A stretch of 64,000 nucleotides of DNA from an uncultured Elusimicrobia bacterium (lineage in GTDB: Bacteria > Elusimicrobiota > Elusimicrobia > 2-01-FULL-59-12), in the NCBI GenBank assembly GCA_963702895.1, contig OY969767.1, forward strand, positions 2,496,001-2,560,000. The letters run 5' to 3'. Shown here piece by piece: positions 9,576-19,137 of this stretch. The notes under the pieces are model-generated. The model ran no database searches. It was given only the letters and a program-made list of their open reading frames with translations, and was not told the DNA's origin. The first letter of the stretch is position 1, and each line of letters starts with the position of its first letter. Made by a program: the position numbers and the translations under genes.

Positions 9576-10703
9576 TCATCCTTTTGTGCCCATGTCCAGC
9601 CAGAACAGCTTGCTGGTGTCGACACCGGCCAGTTGAAGCGGCGACTTGCCTTTGATGTGCCGATACGCTTTGGACGGGTTGTCGAATTGATGAAATCGAT
9701 AGAATAAGACGAGCAGCTTGACGATCGCCCAGGCGGCCTCGCGCGCATGAAAGCGGTCCATGGGCGTTAAGCGCCGGTCCATAAAGCGGAAGAGGTTTTC
9801 GATCAAGTTGTTGGTTCGCGGCATGCCGGGATGAAAGAACGCCGGAATGATTTGTGGGAGCGTACGAAGAAACAAATCCCGTGCCGGCTTGAACATCGGC
9901 CTTTGGAACGAAGGATAGTGCAGAAAGAACCGCACCCACTCCTTGGCCTGGTACCAGTGCGCCGCGCTGACAAACTGGTGATAGGCTTTTTGAAAGCGTT
10001 CGTATTCGGTGGGCAACTGCGGGTAGGTCGCGAAGCGAGGCTCGAGCAACGCGTCTAAGTTGCGCTGAAAATGAACCGTGCAACGCTGATGGATGCCTTT
10101 CGGATAGACGCTCTTGTAGGCGAGAAGGATGGCGCTGTCTCCGTCGGAAGTCAGCCCCTTGAGCGGATAGCTCAGCTCCTTGAGTTGCCCGAATAATTCC
10201 CGATAATTGACCTCCGTTTCGCGCCCCAGAATCACGCCCGGAACGTCCCGTGTGTTGGCATCGAAGGCCGCCAGAATGGAGACATCCATCCCTTCCACCG
10301 GAATCCGGTCGCCATCGACCTGCAGCCAGCCGGACCATTTCGGATCCAGCCGTTGGCTCACGGTAAAAGGATCGGCGCAGCGGTGCCCCATGTCTTGAAT
10401 CCACTGCCAGACCTGGTAGGTCTGCACATGCGGCAGTCCCCATTGATGCAGTTGCCGCATCACCGCCCGGTAGGAGCCTCCGGTATCGATGTAGAGAATC
10501 GTTGATTGTTCTTTGACCTCCTGGTCGTAGGACGTCATCGAGTCGCGCTTTTGCTCGACCGGAATAAATGGCTTGTTGCACGCGACGCAGAACCATCGTT
10601 GGTATCCTTTCGATTCCACTCCTGACAAACTGATCTTCCGGTACGTCCGAAAATCGTGACGGTGTGTGTGGCTGCTGCCACAGCGCGGACATTCGGGTGT
10701 CAT
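9576..10703 (-). CDS. DDE transposase with an N-terminal IS1-like Zn ribbon (family uncertain)
   Basis: CPRCGS...QRWFCVAC; QVDG, TSDG, HQRCTVH and RTNNLIE motifs. Confidence 0.8.
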   Translation of the reverse strand: MTPECPRCGSSHTHRHDFRTYRKISLSGVESKGYQRWFCVACNKPFIPVEQKRDSMTSYDQEVKEQSTILYIDTGGSYRAVMRQLHQWGLPHVQTYQVWQWIQDMGHRCADPFTVSQRLDPKWSGWLQVDGDRIPVEGMDVSILAAFDANTRDVPGVILGRETEVNYRELFGQLKELSYPLKGLTSDGDSAILLAYKSVYPKGIHQRCTVHFQRNLDALLEPRFATYPQLPTEYERFQKAYHQFVSAAHWYQAKEWVRFFLHYPSFQRPMFKPARDLFLRTLPQIIPAFFHPGMPRTNNLIENLFRFMDRRLTPMDRFHAREAAWAIVKLLVLFYRFHQFDNPSKAYRHIKGKSPLQLAGVDTSKLFWLDMGTKG

Positions 10704-11031
10704 GGCGGGCCTCCTTTTCCACCCATCGGGTGGATTTAGAGACCCTACTGCTTCACGATTGCATTGATATTACGCGGCGGCTCAACTATTCACACCCTTC
10801 ATTTCCCACCCAAAACCGATAACAGCCCAAAATTCCTGGGCCCCGCGCAGCCCCGGGCTTAGAGTACACCTCAGCATAGCGCGGGCTTCTGCCTTGTGCT
10901 TTGCGCCGGCGTATCGATGGGTCTTTTGGCTCCGTAAGTTTACGCTCGCGTAACATTCAATTAACACAGGTGAAACCTAGAGAAGGCATCCTTAGAGTGC
11001 CAAGGATCGTCGTACGACAAGGGAGATCGGG

Positions 11032-12234
11032 ATGGACCTTGAACTCAAGAATGTCACCCAGCGCCTCGTGAACGTTTGTTTTGCGCTTTTTCTCCTGTGC
11101 GGCGCCTCCGCCGTCGCGTCCGCAAGGGAAAATTACACAGGAAACCATACCCCGGGCCAATACGTTCCCCTTGATCCAACTTTCGCGGGTGCCTACCTAG
11201 GTCAATTAAACGAACAGCTTCAGCAGGGCCTTATCTCGTACGAGGAATATGAGCAGGCCATGACGCAAGCCAGTAAAGGCGCTCGGCCTTCAGAGAGGCG
11301 CCAGCGGCCCCCGCGTGCCCCTCAAGGCAACTCTCTAAATACTCCTTCTACACCTGCTACGCCCCGACCTTCTGGGTCCAATACTTGCGACAACATCACA
11401 GGCTGTGGAGCGTGTTTTTTGACCGCGAACAACAGCTGGGATAATAGCCGGTGCGTCCCTGGAGATCCCAGCGTATTCCTTGGTTGTGACTTTAAGGCCT
11501 GTGGGGCGGTCTCGGACGGGTACGCCTGTGGCACGAGCCAACCCGGCCCTTCAGGCTATGACTGGCCCTGCAAATCGGGATCGGTTTGTGCGGGCCCGAG
11601 TCCGGGCGGCAATTTCACGGGCGTCTGCCGCCCGGCAAGCGAGGCGGGACAGCTCGCGGGAACTGCTTTCATGTCAGGGTTTGATACAGCCAAACTGAAC
11701 AATCCAGCCCACAAAACACCGAAATATATCTTTGCTCGCACCGTCTTGGAACTCGGCCTGAGCGCCTCCGCCTCGCGGGACCATCTCCAGCCGCTGGTTG
11801 ACGTGCTTCGCCAACGGGGGTTGCCCAACGCGAAAGTCGCTGGCGATGACAAAATTGATTTTGGCAAGGGCGTCGGCGTGGTCGATGTGATCACCCGCGA
11901 TGGCGTTTGGTGGTGGGGGCCCGAGTCGAGCCTCGAAAACGATTCCGCCGCGGCGGTCTCTGCGTCTTCGCCTTTCATGGAAGGCTTCGATACAGCCAAA
12001 CTGAACAATCCGGCCCACAAGACCACGAAATATATCTTCGGTCGCACCGTTCAGGAACTTGGCGTGAGCGGTTCCTCCTCGCGGGACCATCTCCAGCCGC
12101 TGGTTGACGCGCTTCGCCAAAAGGGTTTAACCGACGCGAAAGTCGTGGGCGATGACAAGATTGATTTTGGCGCTGGCGTCGGCGTGGTTGATGTGATCAC
12201 CAGTAAGGGCACCTGGTGGTGGGGAACGCCGTAA
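11032..12234 (+). CDS. Secreted hypothetical protein with a 10-Cys region and two tandem ~84-aa repeat domains
   Basis: Signal peptide ending ASA; repeats FMxGFDTAKLNNPAHKT...KIDFG.GVGVVDVIT...WWWG. Confidence 0.8.
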   Translation: MDLELKNVTQRLVNVCFALFLLCGASAVASARENYTGNHTPGQYVPLDPTFAGAYLGQLNEQLQQGLISYEEYEQAMTQASKGARPSERRQRPPRAPQGNSLNTPSTPATPRPSGSNTCDNITGCGACFLTANNSWDNSRCVPGDPSVFLGCDFKACGAVSDGYACGTSQPGPSGYDWPCKSGSVCAGPSPGGNFTGVCRPASEAGQLAGTAFMSGFDTAKLNNPAHKTPKYIFARTVLELGLSASASRDHLQPLVDVLRQRGLPNAKVAGDDKIDFGKGVGVVDVITRDGVWWWGPESSLENDSAAAVSASSPFMEGFDTAKLNNPAHKTTKYIFGRTVQELGVSGSSSRDHLQPLVDALRQKGLTDAKVVGDDKIDFGAGVGVVDVITSKGTWWWGTP

Positions 12235-12436
12235 AGAATCACCCTCCTGAAGTATCTTTCTCCAACAAACAACGTCATCGGGCCTCTCGGCCTGGCTCCG
12301 TTCGCCAGGCCGCTCTGGCACAACAGATGCTCGACGTTCTTCCCCTCTGTTAGACACGGTCCTGTCCGTCGACATTCGCCTTCCATAGATAGCATGTTGA
12401 CAAGCAGCACAATTCGTGCCAGATATTGGACAGATT

Positions 12437-14026
12437 ATGAAGCGCCCCTCCCGGATCCTTCGCTCTTGGCAGGCGTTCTGGAACCGCATGTTCCGGTCTT
12501 CCGTTCACGACGATGCTCTGCTGCGGCTGACTGAGAAAATGGAGGCCGAATTCGCCGAGCGACGAAAAATCGAGCGGGAGTTGGCGCACTTGGCCTCCTT
12601 CGCGGAGATGGACCCCAATATCATTATTGAAACGGACATGACGGGCAACGTCCTGTACCGCAACATCGTGGCCCAGGAGGAGTTTCCCGATCTGGAAACA
12701 CGGGGGCGGGAACACCCTCTGCTGGACGGGTTGAAAGCGGTGGTGGAGGTGTTTCGAAACGAAAAAAAGTCCTTGTTGAGTCGCCTTCTCAAGGTCGGGG
12801 AGAGGGTCTTCAGGCAACAAATCACGCTGATCGACCAGGGCGCGCGCCTGCGGATCTACGTCACGGATGTGACGGAACTGAAGCGGCTGGACCAGCTGAA
12901 AACGGAGTTCGTCAACACGGTCTCCCATGAGCTCCGCACGCCGCTGACCGGCCTGCAGGCCTCGGTCCGGATGCTCCAGTCGGACATGCTCGGACCGACG
13001 ACGCCCGACCAGCAGGCGGCGCTGACGCTGGCGGTGTCCGGCATCCAGCGGCTGGCCCGGCTCGTCAGCAACCTCTTGGACATCTCCAAGATCGAAGCCG
13101 GCAAATTGGACCTCCATTACGACGAGGCGGACCTGGCGGAGGTGGCCAGCGAAATCGCCCGCAGTGTCGAGCCTCTCGCGCGTGAGCGCGGCCTCGAGAT
13201 CCGGCTCCGCCTGCCACCCGAGCCGCTGCGGGTGTTCATCGACCGGGACAAGATCCTGCAGGTCTTCTCGAACCTCGTCAGCAACGCCTTGAAGTTCTCG
13301 CGCCATGGTGCCGTGGAAATCGAGGTCGCCGTGCGCGGCGAGGAGGCTCTTTGCGCCGTGAAGGATACGGGGCCGGGCATCGCGCCCAACGACCTGCCCA
13401 AACTCTTCGGGAAGTTCCAGCAGATCGGCCAGCCGTCGGGCAGTGTCGAGAAGGGCACCGGGCTGGGGCTTTCGATCTGCAAGGGTATCGTGGAACTGCA
13501 TCAAGGCAAGATTTGGGTGGAGAGCCGGCTGGGAGAAGGGACGCACTTTTTGTTCACCCTCCCGCGGGTCAGCGCCGAAAACATATTCCGGGACCAGGCG
13601 CTCCGGCTCTTCGAACAGGCGGTGGCGGCGTCCAAACCCCTGTGTTTGTTCGCATTCCATCTGCAGAACTGGCCGGACATCACGCAGAGGCTCAGCCGGG
13701 AGCAAGCCGACGCCCTGATGGATCGTTTTGAAATCCTTGTGCGCTCGACCTCGCGCGGGGAGCACGACCCCCTGGTCAAAACGCCAGGCCGAATTTGGCT
13801 CGCCGTGCCGGGAGCGGACAAAAACCAGGCCCGCCAGGTGGCCGATCGCATCGAACTGGCATCGCAGGACTATGCATTCCAGGCCGGCGCGCAAACACCT
13901 CTTGCCGTCGAGTACGGCCTGGCGGCTTATCCGGAAGACGGCAAGGTTGCCGAACAACTCCTGGCCACGGTCCTCCAGTTTCCTTCCACCCCAGCAGCGC
14001 CGTTCGCCCCAAACCCCAAACCTTAA
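12437..14026 (+). CDS. Sensor histidine kinase (PAS-like, HisKA, HATPase, degenerate GGDEF-like C-terminus)
   Basis: VSHELRTPL, NLVSNALKF, DTGPGI, GTGLGLSI; C-terminal 'VEYGLAAYPEDG'. Confidence 0.9.
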   Translation: MKRPSRILRSWQAFWNRMFRSSVHDDALLRLTEKMEAEFAERRKIERELAHLASFAEMDPNIIIETDMTGNVLYRNIVAQEEFPDLETRGREHPLLDGLKAVVEVFRNEKKSLLSRLLKVGERVFRQQITLIDQGARLRIYVTDVTELKRLDQLKTEFVNTVSHELRTPLTGLQASVRMLQSDMLGPTTPDQQAALTLAVSGIQRLARLVSNLLDISKIEAGKLDLHYDEADLAEVASEIARSVEPLARERGLEIRLRLPPEPLRVFIDRDKILQVFSNLVSNALKFSRHGAVEIEVAVRGEEALCAVKDTGPGIAPNDLPKLFGKFQQIGQPSGSVEKGTGLGLSICKGIVELHQGKIWVESRLGEGTHFLFTLPRVSAENIFRDQALRLFEQAVAASKPLCLFAFHLQNWPDITQRLSREQADALMDRFEILVRSTSRGEHDPLVKTPGRIWLAVPGADKNQARQVADRIELASQDYAFQAGAQTPLAVEYGLAAYPEDGKVAEQLLATVLQFPSTPAAPFAPNPKP

Positions 14027-14363
14027 ATAACCCGTCTCTCGAAACCTGAACGACGCTGGATTCTCCGCCTGCGACAGGCACCCAGGAGTGACAGACACCC
14101 ATCACAATCGATTCAGATGTGAAATGAGAACACGGACTCTTTTTTCTTCTCTTTTCTCTTCTGACACATTACGTTACACGAAATCGAGACGAACGCAGTG
14201 TAAGAACACGCTATTTATTCGATGCGAAATCGACTTCGGATAAATTTACAAAAATTAATTCACATGGATGTCATCTTCGTTTGATAATATTCGTCGAGTA
14301 TCTAAACGCTGAACGCCGGCTGATAGCCCGGCGATCGCGCAAAAAACAAAGGAGATTATTAAT

Positions 14364-14612
14364 ATGAAAAGTGTGGTTCGATTCTTGGCAGTGTTGTCTG
14401 TCGTTTTCGCAATCGGTGGAGTTCGCACAAGCTTCGCAGAGGACCCGCACATCTGTGCGTCTCTTGTCTACAATTGCGAAACAGCAACTCAAGCGTACTC
14501 AGATTGTCAATGGCCTTACGGTGAGCCTTTTACGGGGTATTGTGCGGGGAAAAAAGCGGATATGGATTCAGTTTGTGAGGCCCGTCGGCTCATTTGTCCT
14601 CACATTAATTGA
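14364..14612 (+). CDS. Small secreted 6-Cys protein
   Basis: AAGGAG RBS, signal peptide ending SFA, six Cys, downstream terminator. Confidence 0.65.
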   Translation: MKSVVRFLAVLSVVFAIGGVRTSFAEDPHICASLVYNCETATQAYSDCQWPYGEPFTGYCAGKKADMDSVCEARRLICPHIN

Positions 14613-14635
14613 TTGAAGTTGCTATAGAGTAGAAC

Positions 14636-14677
14636 AAGCCCCTCGGATCTGCCTCAGGCATGTTCGAGGGGCTTTTT
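14636..14677 (+). terminator. Intrinsic terminator, possibly bidirectional
   Basis: aagcccctcg...cgaggggctt plus T-run, between convergent genes. Confidence 0.7.
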
Positions 14678-14804
14678 ATGCCCAGTCAAATCATCTTTGC
14701 CGGGATGTTCCGCGGTGTAATAGCTTGTGGTTCCTTTCACAAAGGACGAACTGAGCGTACCGTTGTGCCAGGCGCTTCTCCTATGGCCCCGCGAACGGCC
14801 GGGC

Positions 14805-15668
14805 CTACAGTTTGGGTGCAAGAGTCGTAATGTCGTGGAGTTCGGCGGTGTCTTGACCGAGGTCTTTGAGGTTGCCTTTCCGCCGCACAATGGCGGAGGA
14901 GACGGTTTGATACGAACTGGGCGGATCGTCGCTGATCACTTGTGCGGCCCGGATCGGTAGAAGGGCTTGATCCTTGTCCGTCTGCGTCGCTGACGGGGTG
15001 ACTGGATGGTTGGGAGGCTCGATCTTAAATGTTTCGAGCATCATCTCGGCTACGCGTGCCGCCGCGGGGTATTCCGTGACCGTAATGCCCTCCAGTAAGA
15101 GCCCCGATCTTGGGGGATTGCCGGTGGGCGTTGTGCCAAAATGGGCGCCGAAGTGAATGGCCATTCCCTCCCAGGGCGGATACGTGGTCGGCGCAATAGC
15201 GATGGAGAGCGCCATCGATTCTCCTGATGAGACATCGAATGTTTTATTGAGTTTTATGCTGGATGTCTGCGGATGCTGTGTGATGGCGATGGTTCGAAGG
15301 CCATCGAGCGCCTTGACACGAAGATCGATCTGGCAGCCTTTGGTGCAATCCAGCTTGTGACCCACCGCGTCTGCAAAAAGGATCCCGAAGGAGCTCCACG
15401 AATAACCCCAGTTGTATTGGCGAAATACGATGCCATTGGATTGTGTGCTTTTGTTGGTGTCCCCGAATGGCGTCCAATACCGCGCGTGCGCCGAATCTCC
15501 AAGATTGTACGTGTAAGAGACGACGGGGGGTATGGGCGCGGGGGTTATGGGCGCTGTCCCGCCCGTTGACCCCGAGCTGCTCCCGCCTTTTTTACACCCT
15601 GTGATCAATAAAGGGAGAACTCCCAGGGCCACCCACATCACCGCCGACAATAGTTTTCGTTGAGCCAT
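14805..15668 (-). CDS. Hypothetical lipoprotein
   Basis: Lipobox-like LITGC, Gly/Ser/Pro linker, beta-rich domain. Confidence 0.65.
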   Translation of the reverse strand: MAQRKLLSAVMWVALGVLPLLITGCKKGGSSSGSTGGTAPITPAPIPPVVSYTYNLGDSAHARYWTPFGDTNKSTQSNGIVFRQYNWGYSWSSFGILFADAVGHKLDCTKGCQIDLRVKALDGLRTIAITQHPQTSSIKLNKTFDVSSGESMALSIAIAPTTYPPWEGMAIHFGAHFGTTPTGNPPRSGLLLEGITVTEYPAAARVAEMMLETFKIEPPNHPVTPSATQTDKDQALLPIRAAQVISDDPPSSYQTVSSAIVRRKGNLKDLGQDTAELHDITTLAPKL

Positions 15669-15792
15669 CGCAGCACCTGCGTATAGCGTAAGCGATCCGT
15701 CGGTGCTATTCCATGGGCCTTCCGGGCCAAAATCGATGCCTGAAAGGTATCGCGGGTGTCTGGGCCTCCCCCTTCATGCTGACCATGAGCCC

Positions 15793-16554
15793 TTATTTTT
15801 GAGAAATGACAAGCATTTCAAAATCTTCGGTGGTCAGTTTGTCGTTTCTTGAGTAAGCCCCAAGTTTGGCACCCAAGATATCGATGGTTCTGAACCCGAG
15901 CGTTTTCAAGAGCCACGTGATCTCGCTGGGCACGTAATAACGCTCGTTGCACTTGAGCTCCCTTTTCTGGCCGGAATCATCCTCCATAACAACGGTGTTA
16001 TGATCACGGAACGTCATCAGATCAAAGGAACACTCCTTACATTGGGACTGTCCTTCTTTCTGCGCCGACTTATAGAATTCATTGACAGAATGAAACAGCG
16101 GGAACAATCCGTTTAAGGCGGTGAAAATGAGCTTGCCTGTATCGTTCAGTGCTTTGGTTGCGTTCTTGAGGATCTCAAAGTTCATCTCATCGGTTTCCAT
16201 GAGAGAAAACCCGCCTTCGCAGAGCATGATGGCCAGGTCAAATTCACCGTCAAACGGAAGATGGCGCGCATCTTGGATTTGGAAGTCGATGGTCACCCCT
16301 GCCTCTTTTGCTTTTTCCCTTGCCCTTTTGATCTGATTCTCGGAAAGATCCACGCCGGTCACATGATATCCCCTCTTGGCGAGCTCGATCGCATGGCGGC
16401 CGGTGCCGCATCCGATATCGAGAATCTTGATGGACTTGTCTCGCCCGACCTCCTGTTCGATGAAATCGCATTCGCCCATGGTCCCTTGGACAAAACATTC
16501 CTGGTCATATTTCCTGGCGTAATTTTCAAATAGGGACTCGTACCATTGTTTCAT
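15793..16554 (-). CDS. Class I SAM-dependent methyltransferase
   Basis: ILDIGCGTGRH, GVDLS and FDLAI motifs. Confidence 0.92.
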   Translation of the reverse strand: MKQWYESLFENYARKYDQECFVQGTMGECDFIEQEVGRDKSIKILDIGCGTGRHAIELAKRGYHVTGVDLSENQIKRAREKAKEAGVTIDFQIQDARHLPFDGEFDLAIMLCEGGFSLMETDEMNFEILKNATKALNDTGKLIFTALNGLFPLFHSVNEFYKSAQKEGQSQCKECSFDLMTFRDHNTVVMEDDSGQKRELKCNERYYVPSEITWLLKTLGFRTIDILGAKLGAYSRNDKLTTEDFEMLVISQK

Positions 16555-16635
16555 GGCTGACTCCTTTGTTTTTTGATGCCTGTCACAAAGGGAGAACGTA
16601 GGTTATTCCCTGGGACCGGCACCCGTCACCCGCGA

Positions 16636-17160
16636 TCAACGGATTCGTTTCAGCTCGGTCATGAACACCTCGCCGTTGATCACGAGGTTGAGGGACGTCT
16701 CGGTGGCTTCCCCGATCATGTCGTTCTGTTCCTGGATGAGCCGGCTCCAGCGGTCATACTCCCCGGGCGCAAACGACCAGATCTCGACGCGGCGAATCCC
16801 ATCACTTTCAAGTGACTCCGCCATCTGCTCCCCTTCACGGGGGAGAGCGGTGAGCATGACGATGCGGGCATTCCGGAAGCGTTTGGTCGCCTTGTCCAGC
16901 TTATGAACGGTGGTCTTGCCGCATTCGATCCAGAGGGTCACCTGGTTGGTGTCGTCGATGTGGATGAGATCAGGCGCAAAATCCTGTCCGGCGAGCGCGG
17001 AATGCTGCTGGGGGCTTGAGACCACGACCGGCTCGTAGGCGTGATAAAACAGGGAGGCCGCCAGCTTCAGCTCCAAATGTTCATCGGTCTCGGAAAGGAT
17101 CGGGAACAGCTGAAGCGCGAAGGACTTCTCGCCGAGGTGGACGGCAGATCGAATCTTCAT
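16636..17160 (-). CDS. yaeQ: YaeQ-family protein
   Basis: SETDEHL..KL, PDL and LWIECG motifs. Confidence 0.75.
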   Translation of the reverse strand: MKIRSAVHLGEKSFALQLFPILSETDEHLELKLAASLFYHAYEPVVVSSPQQHSALAGQDFAPDLIHIDDTNQVTLWIECGKTTVHKLDKATKRFRNARIVMLTALPREGEQMAESLESDGIRRVEIWSFAPGEYDRWSRLIQEQNDMIGEATETSLNLVINGEVFMTELKRIR

Positions 17161-17393
17161 CGCCCCTGATGATAACAAACACCCAGGCGCGGGATCCCAC
17201 GGGGTGGCTAGCCCGAATTGTTCGGTTGCCCAGGATCTCCCTTTCCCGCGGAACGTGGGAGAAGGGACTCAAAAGTGCAGCCGGCTTAGACGGACAGAGC
17301 CGCTTTGCTGAAGATTTTGGGTTAATTAGTTAGGACCGTCCCTGATCCCCAGGCTCTCGCCCGACTGTTGTGTGTCGGGCGAACCCATCTCGC

Positions 17394-17510
17394 TGGCGGA
17401 GGGAACAGGATTCGGGCCGCTTTCATTATCAAGTTGTGGCGACCCTACCCCAAGGCCGGCAGGCCGGCTGGGGTGCGAACCTGCGGCACCCTTTCGGATA
17501 CGCCTGTTTT
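17394..17510 (-). pseudogene. tRNA-Ser 3' half with two hairpins inserted in the T-loop
   Basis: Removing 17415-17476 gives AAAACAGG-CGTATCC GAAA GGGTGC-CGCAGG TTCGAAT CCTGT-TCCCTCCGCCA (long variable arm, T arm, CCA). Confidence 0.85.
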
Positions 17511-18734
17511 TTATTGCCCATTCGTTGTTATCCCGTCCTCTTCACCCACATTGACACCCGCAAACCCAAAGGTGCGGTCGTGGTTGCGGAACCAGTCGAT
17601 CTCGCCAATGAGCTTGCGGATTTTAGGAACAGCTTTGGGATTTGATCGGCGGGCTGCCTTCAGGAGCTCACGGACCTTGGATTCCAGCACGTCTGCGGTC
17701 GCCGGGAGGTTTAACCGTGTCATGTTAAAAAAGTCGGCGCCGAAACGGCAGACCTTATGGCGCACCATGCCGTCCGGGTCTTGAAGACCTTCAAGAATGA
17801 AGTCGATGCATTCTTCAGAAAAATCGTCCAGAACAAAGCTGAACTGAAGTCCCGGCAAGGCGCATAAGGCCGCGCGCCTGTAGACGGGATCGGGATGCCG
17901 GAGCACTCCACGAACGCCATCCCAGTACGCCAGGAGGTCCTTGCTCGCCTGCCAGTTGGATTCAGGCGCCCGGCCCCACCGTTCGTCCACGCTCCGATGG
18001 CGGAGCTTTTCAAGCTCCTTCCGGGCGGCCTTGCGCTCGGGTTCATCGGAGGAGCAAATCCGCTCGACGAAGCGATCGAAGATACTTTTGCTTTCAGGCG
18101 TGACGCGCCTTTCAATGACGTTCTTGATTCTCCACGCTTTTTGGGACTCCGCTATGGATTGATCGCCATCGCCCGGAAGCGGCGTATGCATCAGGAGCAC
18201 CTGCAGGAGCGGGACCAGCTCATAGATCTTCATGTTGTCGCCCCGGGTGGGCCCTCCCATCAGAAGCATCGGGACGGCCGTGGGATGTTCGGCGCGGCGC
18301 AGAAGCTTCTGAACGGCCCGGCGTTGGAACCAGGGGACCGCAAGCTCGGCGGCTTTGCGGTCATACTCTTCGAAAGCGGCACGGGCAAGAGGCGCTGATG
18401 TCAAAGGAATGTCCTCGTCTGGGCAGGCGGCGATGATCGCCTCCACGAGCTTCGGCCATTGCCGGCTCAATGCGTCCAATGCCCGCGCCAGGCCGGGCGC
18501 GATCTCACGATACTCCCGGGCAGGCAGGGTCTGTCCAGATCCCGATAAACGCTTAACCAGAGCCTCAAGCTCCAGGACTCGGCCTATAAATTCGTCTGCC
18601 AACGGATGCCAGCCCTCGCCGGGCTTACGGCCGAACTGATCGAGACCTTTGACCAGTTCCTGATAATCGGCCAGGGTCTTTTTCCCCACCCGCTTCATCT
18701 CCGCCAAAGACGGCTTTTCGCTCAAAGTTTCCAT
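17511..18734 (-). CDS. Hypothetical alpha-helical protein with a HEAT-like C-terminus
   Basis: Long ORF; 'LRHPDPVYRRAAL' and 'LQDPDGMVRH' HEAT-like units. Confidence 0.6.
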   Translation of the reverse strand: METLSEKPSLAEMKRVGKKTLADYQELVKGLDQFGRKPGEGWHPLADEFIGRVLELEALVKRLSGSGQTLPAREYREIAPGLARALDALSRQWPKLVEAIIAACPDEDIPLTSAPLARAAFEEYDRKAAELAVPWFQRRAVQKLLRRAEHPTAVPMLLMGGPTRGDNMKIYELVPLLQVLLMHTPLPGDGDQSIAESQKAWRIKNVIERRVTPESKSIFDRFVERICSSDEPERKAARKELEKLRHRSVDERWGRAPESNWQASKDLLAYWDGVRGVLRHPDPVYRRAALCALPGLQFSFVLDDFSEECIDFILEGLQDPDGMVRHKVCRFGADFFNMTRLNLPATADVLESKVRELLKAARRSNPKAVPKIRKLIGEIDWFRNHDRTFGFAGVNVGEEDGITTNGQ

Positions 18735-18741
18735 GGTGTTC

Positions 18742-19137
18742 TCACGCCGGGCGCCCCCGTGCTTTGTCATTGAGCGAGCGGAGGTGCTCGTGGAAAGCTT
18801 CATCGGATTGTTTCTTAGCTTCCTCATATTGGATCAGCCGCCGCAGCACCGCGCGGCGCTGGCGGGTGGTCATTCGTTTCTCCGCGCGGGAAAGACTCCC
18901 ATAGAGCCAAAGAAAAGGGTCCCGATAGCTCTCACGCCCTTGCCGTATCATCGCCAACCCATGGTCCGGACGGTCGTCCCCCGCCATGGCGTCTGAAACA
19001 TGGTGACAAAAGAGCGCCAGGGTAGAGAGGAAGGCTTTCGGCACTCGAATGCGCACGGAATCCCGTGATACCTTTAGGGCAACTCTGCTGAAGCGGTCGT
19101 TCGCTCTGCGAAAGGCTTGCCGTGTACGCGTCTTCAT
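18742..19137 (-). CDS. Hypothetical basic protein
   Basis: ATGA coupling to the fic stop; same strand as both neighbours. Confidence 0.5.
   Translation of the reverse strand: MKTRTRQAFRRANDRFSRVALKVSRDSVRIRVPKAFLSTLALFCHHVSDAMAGDDRPDHGLAMIRQGRESYRDPFLWLYGSLSRAEKRMTTRQRRAVLRRLIQYEEAKKQSDEAFHEHLRSLNDKARGRPA

Larger units (their letters stand above)
8151..10829 (-). mobile_element. Outer IS (zinc-ribbon DDE transposase) whose downstream inverted repeat is interrupted by an IS256
   Basis: Reconstructed IR gggcccgttattgactttgggtgg versus the reverse complement of the other end, tgggctgttatcggttttgggtgg; flanking duplication AAATTCCT at 8143-8150 and 10830-10837. Confidence 0.75.

Noticed and set aside
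9505..10722. 405-aa alternative-frame ORF
   Set aside because: Overlaps the transposase that carries clear motifs and runs across the IS256 boundary.
12350..14098. 582-aa minus-strand ORF
   Set aside because: Antisense shadow of the histidine kinase.
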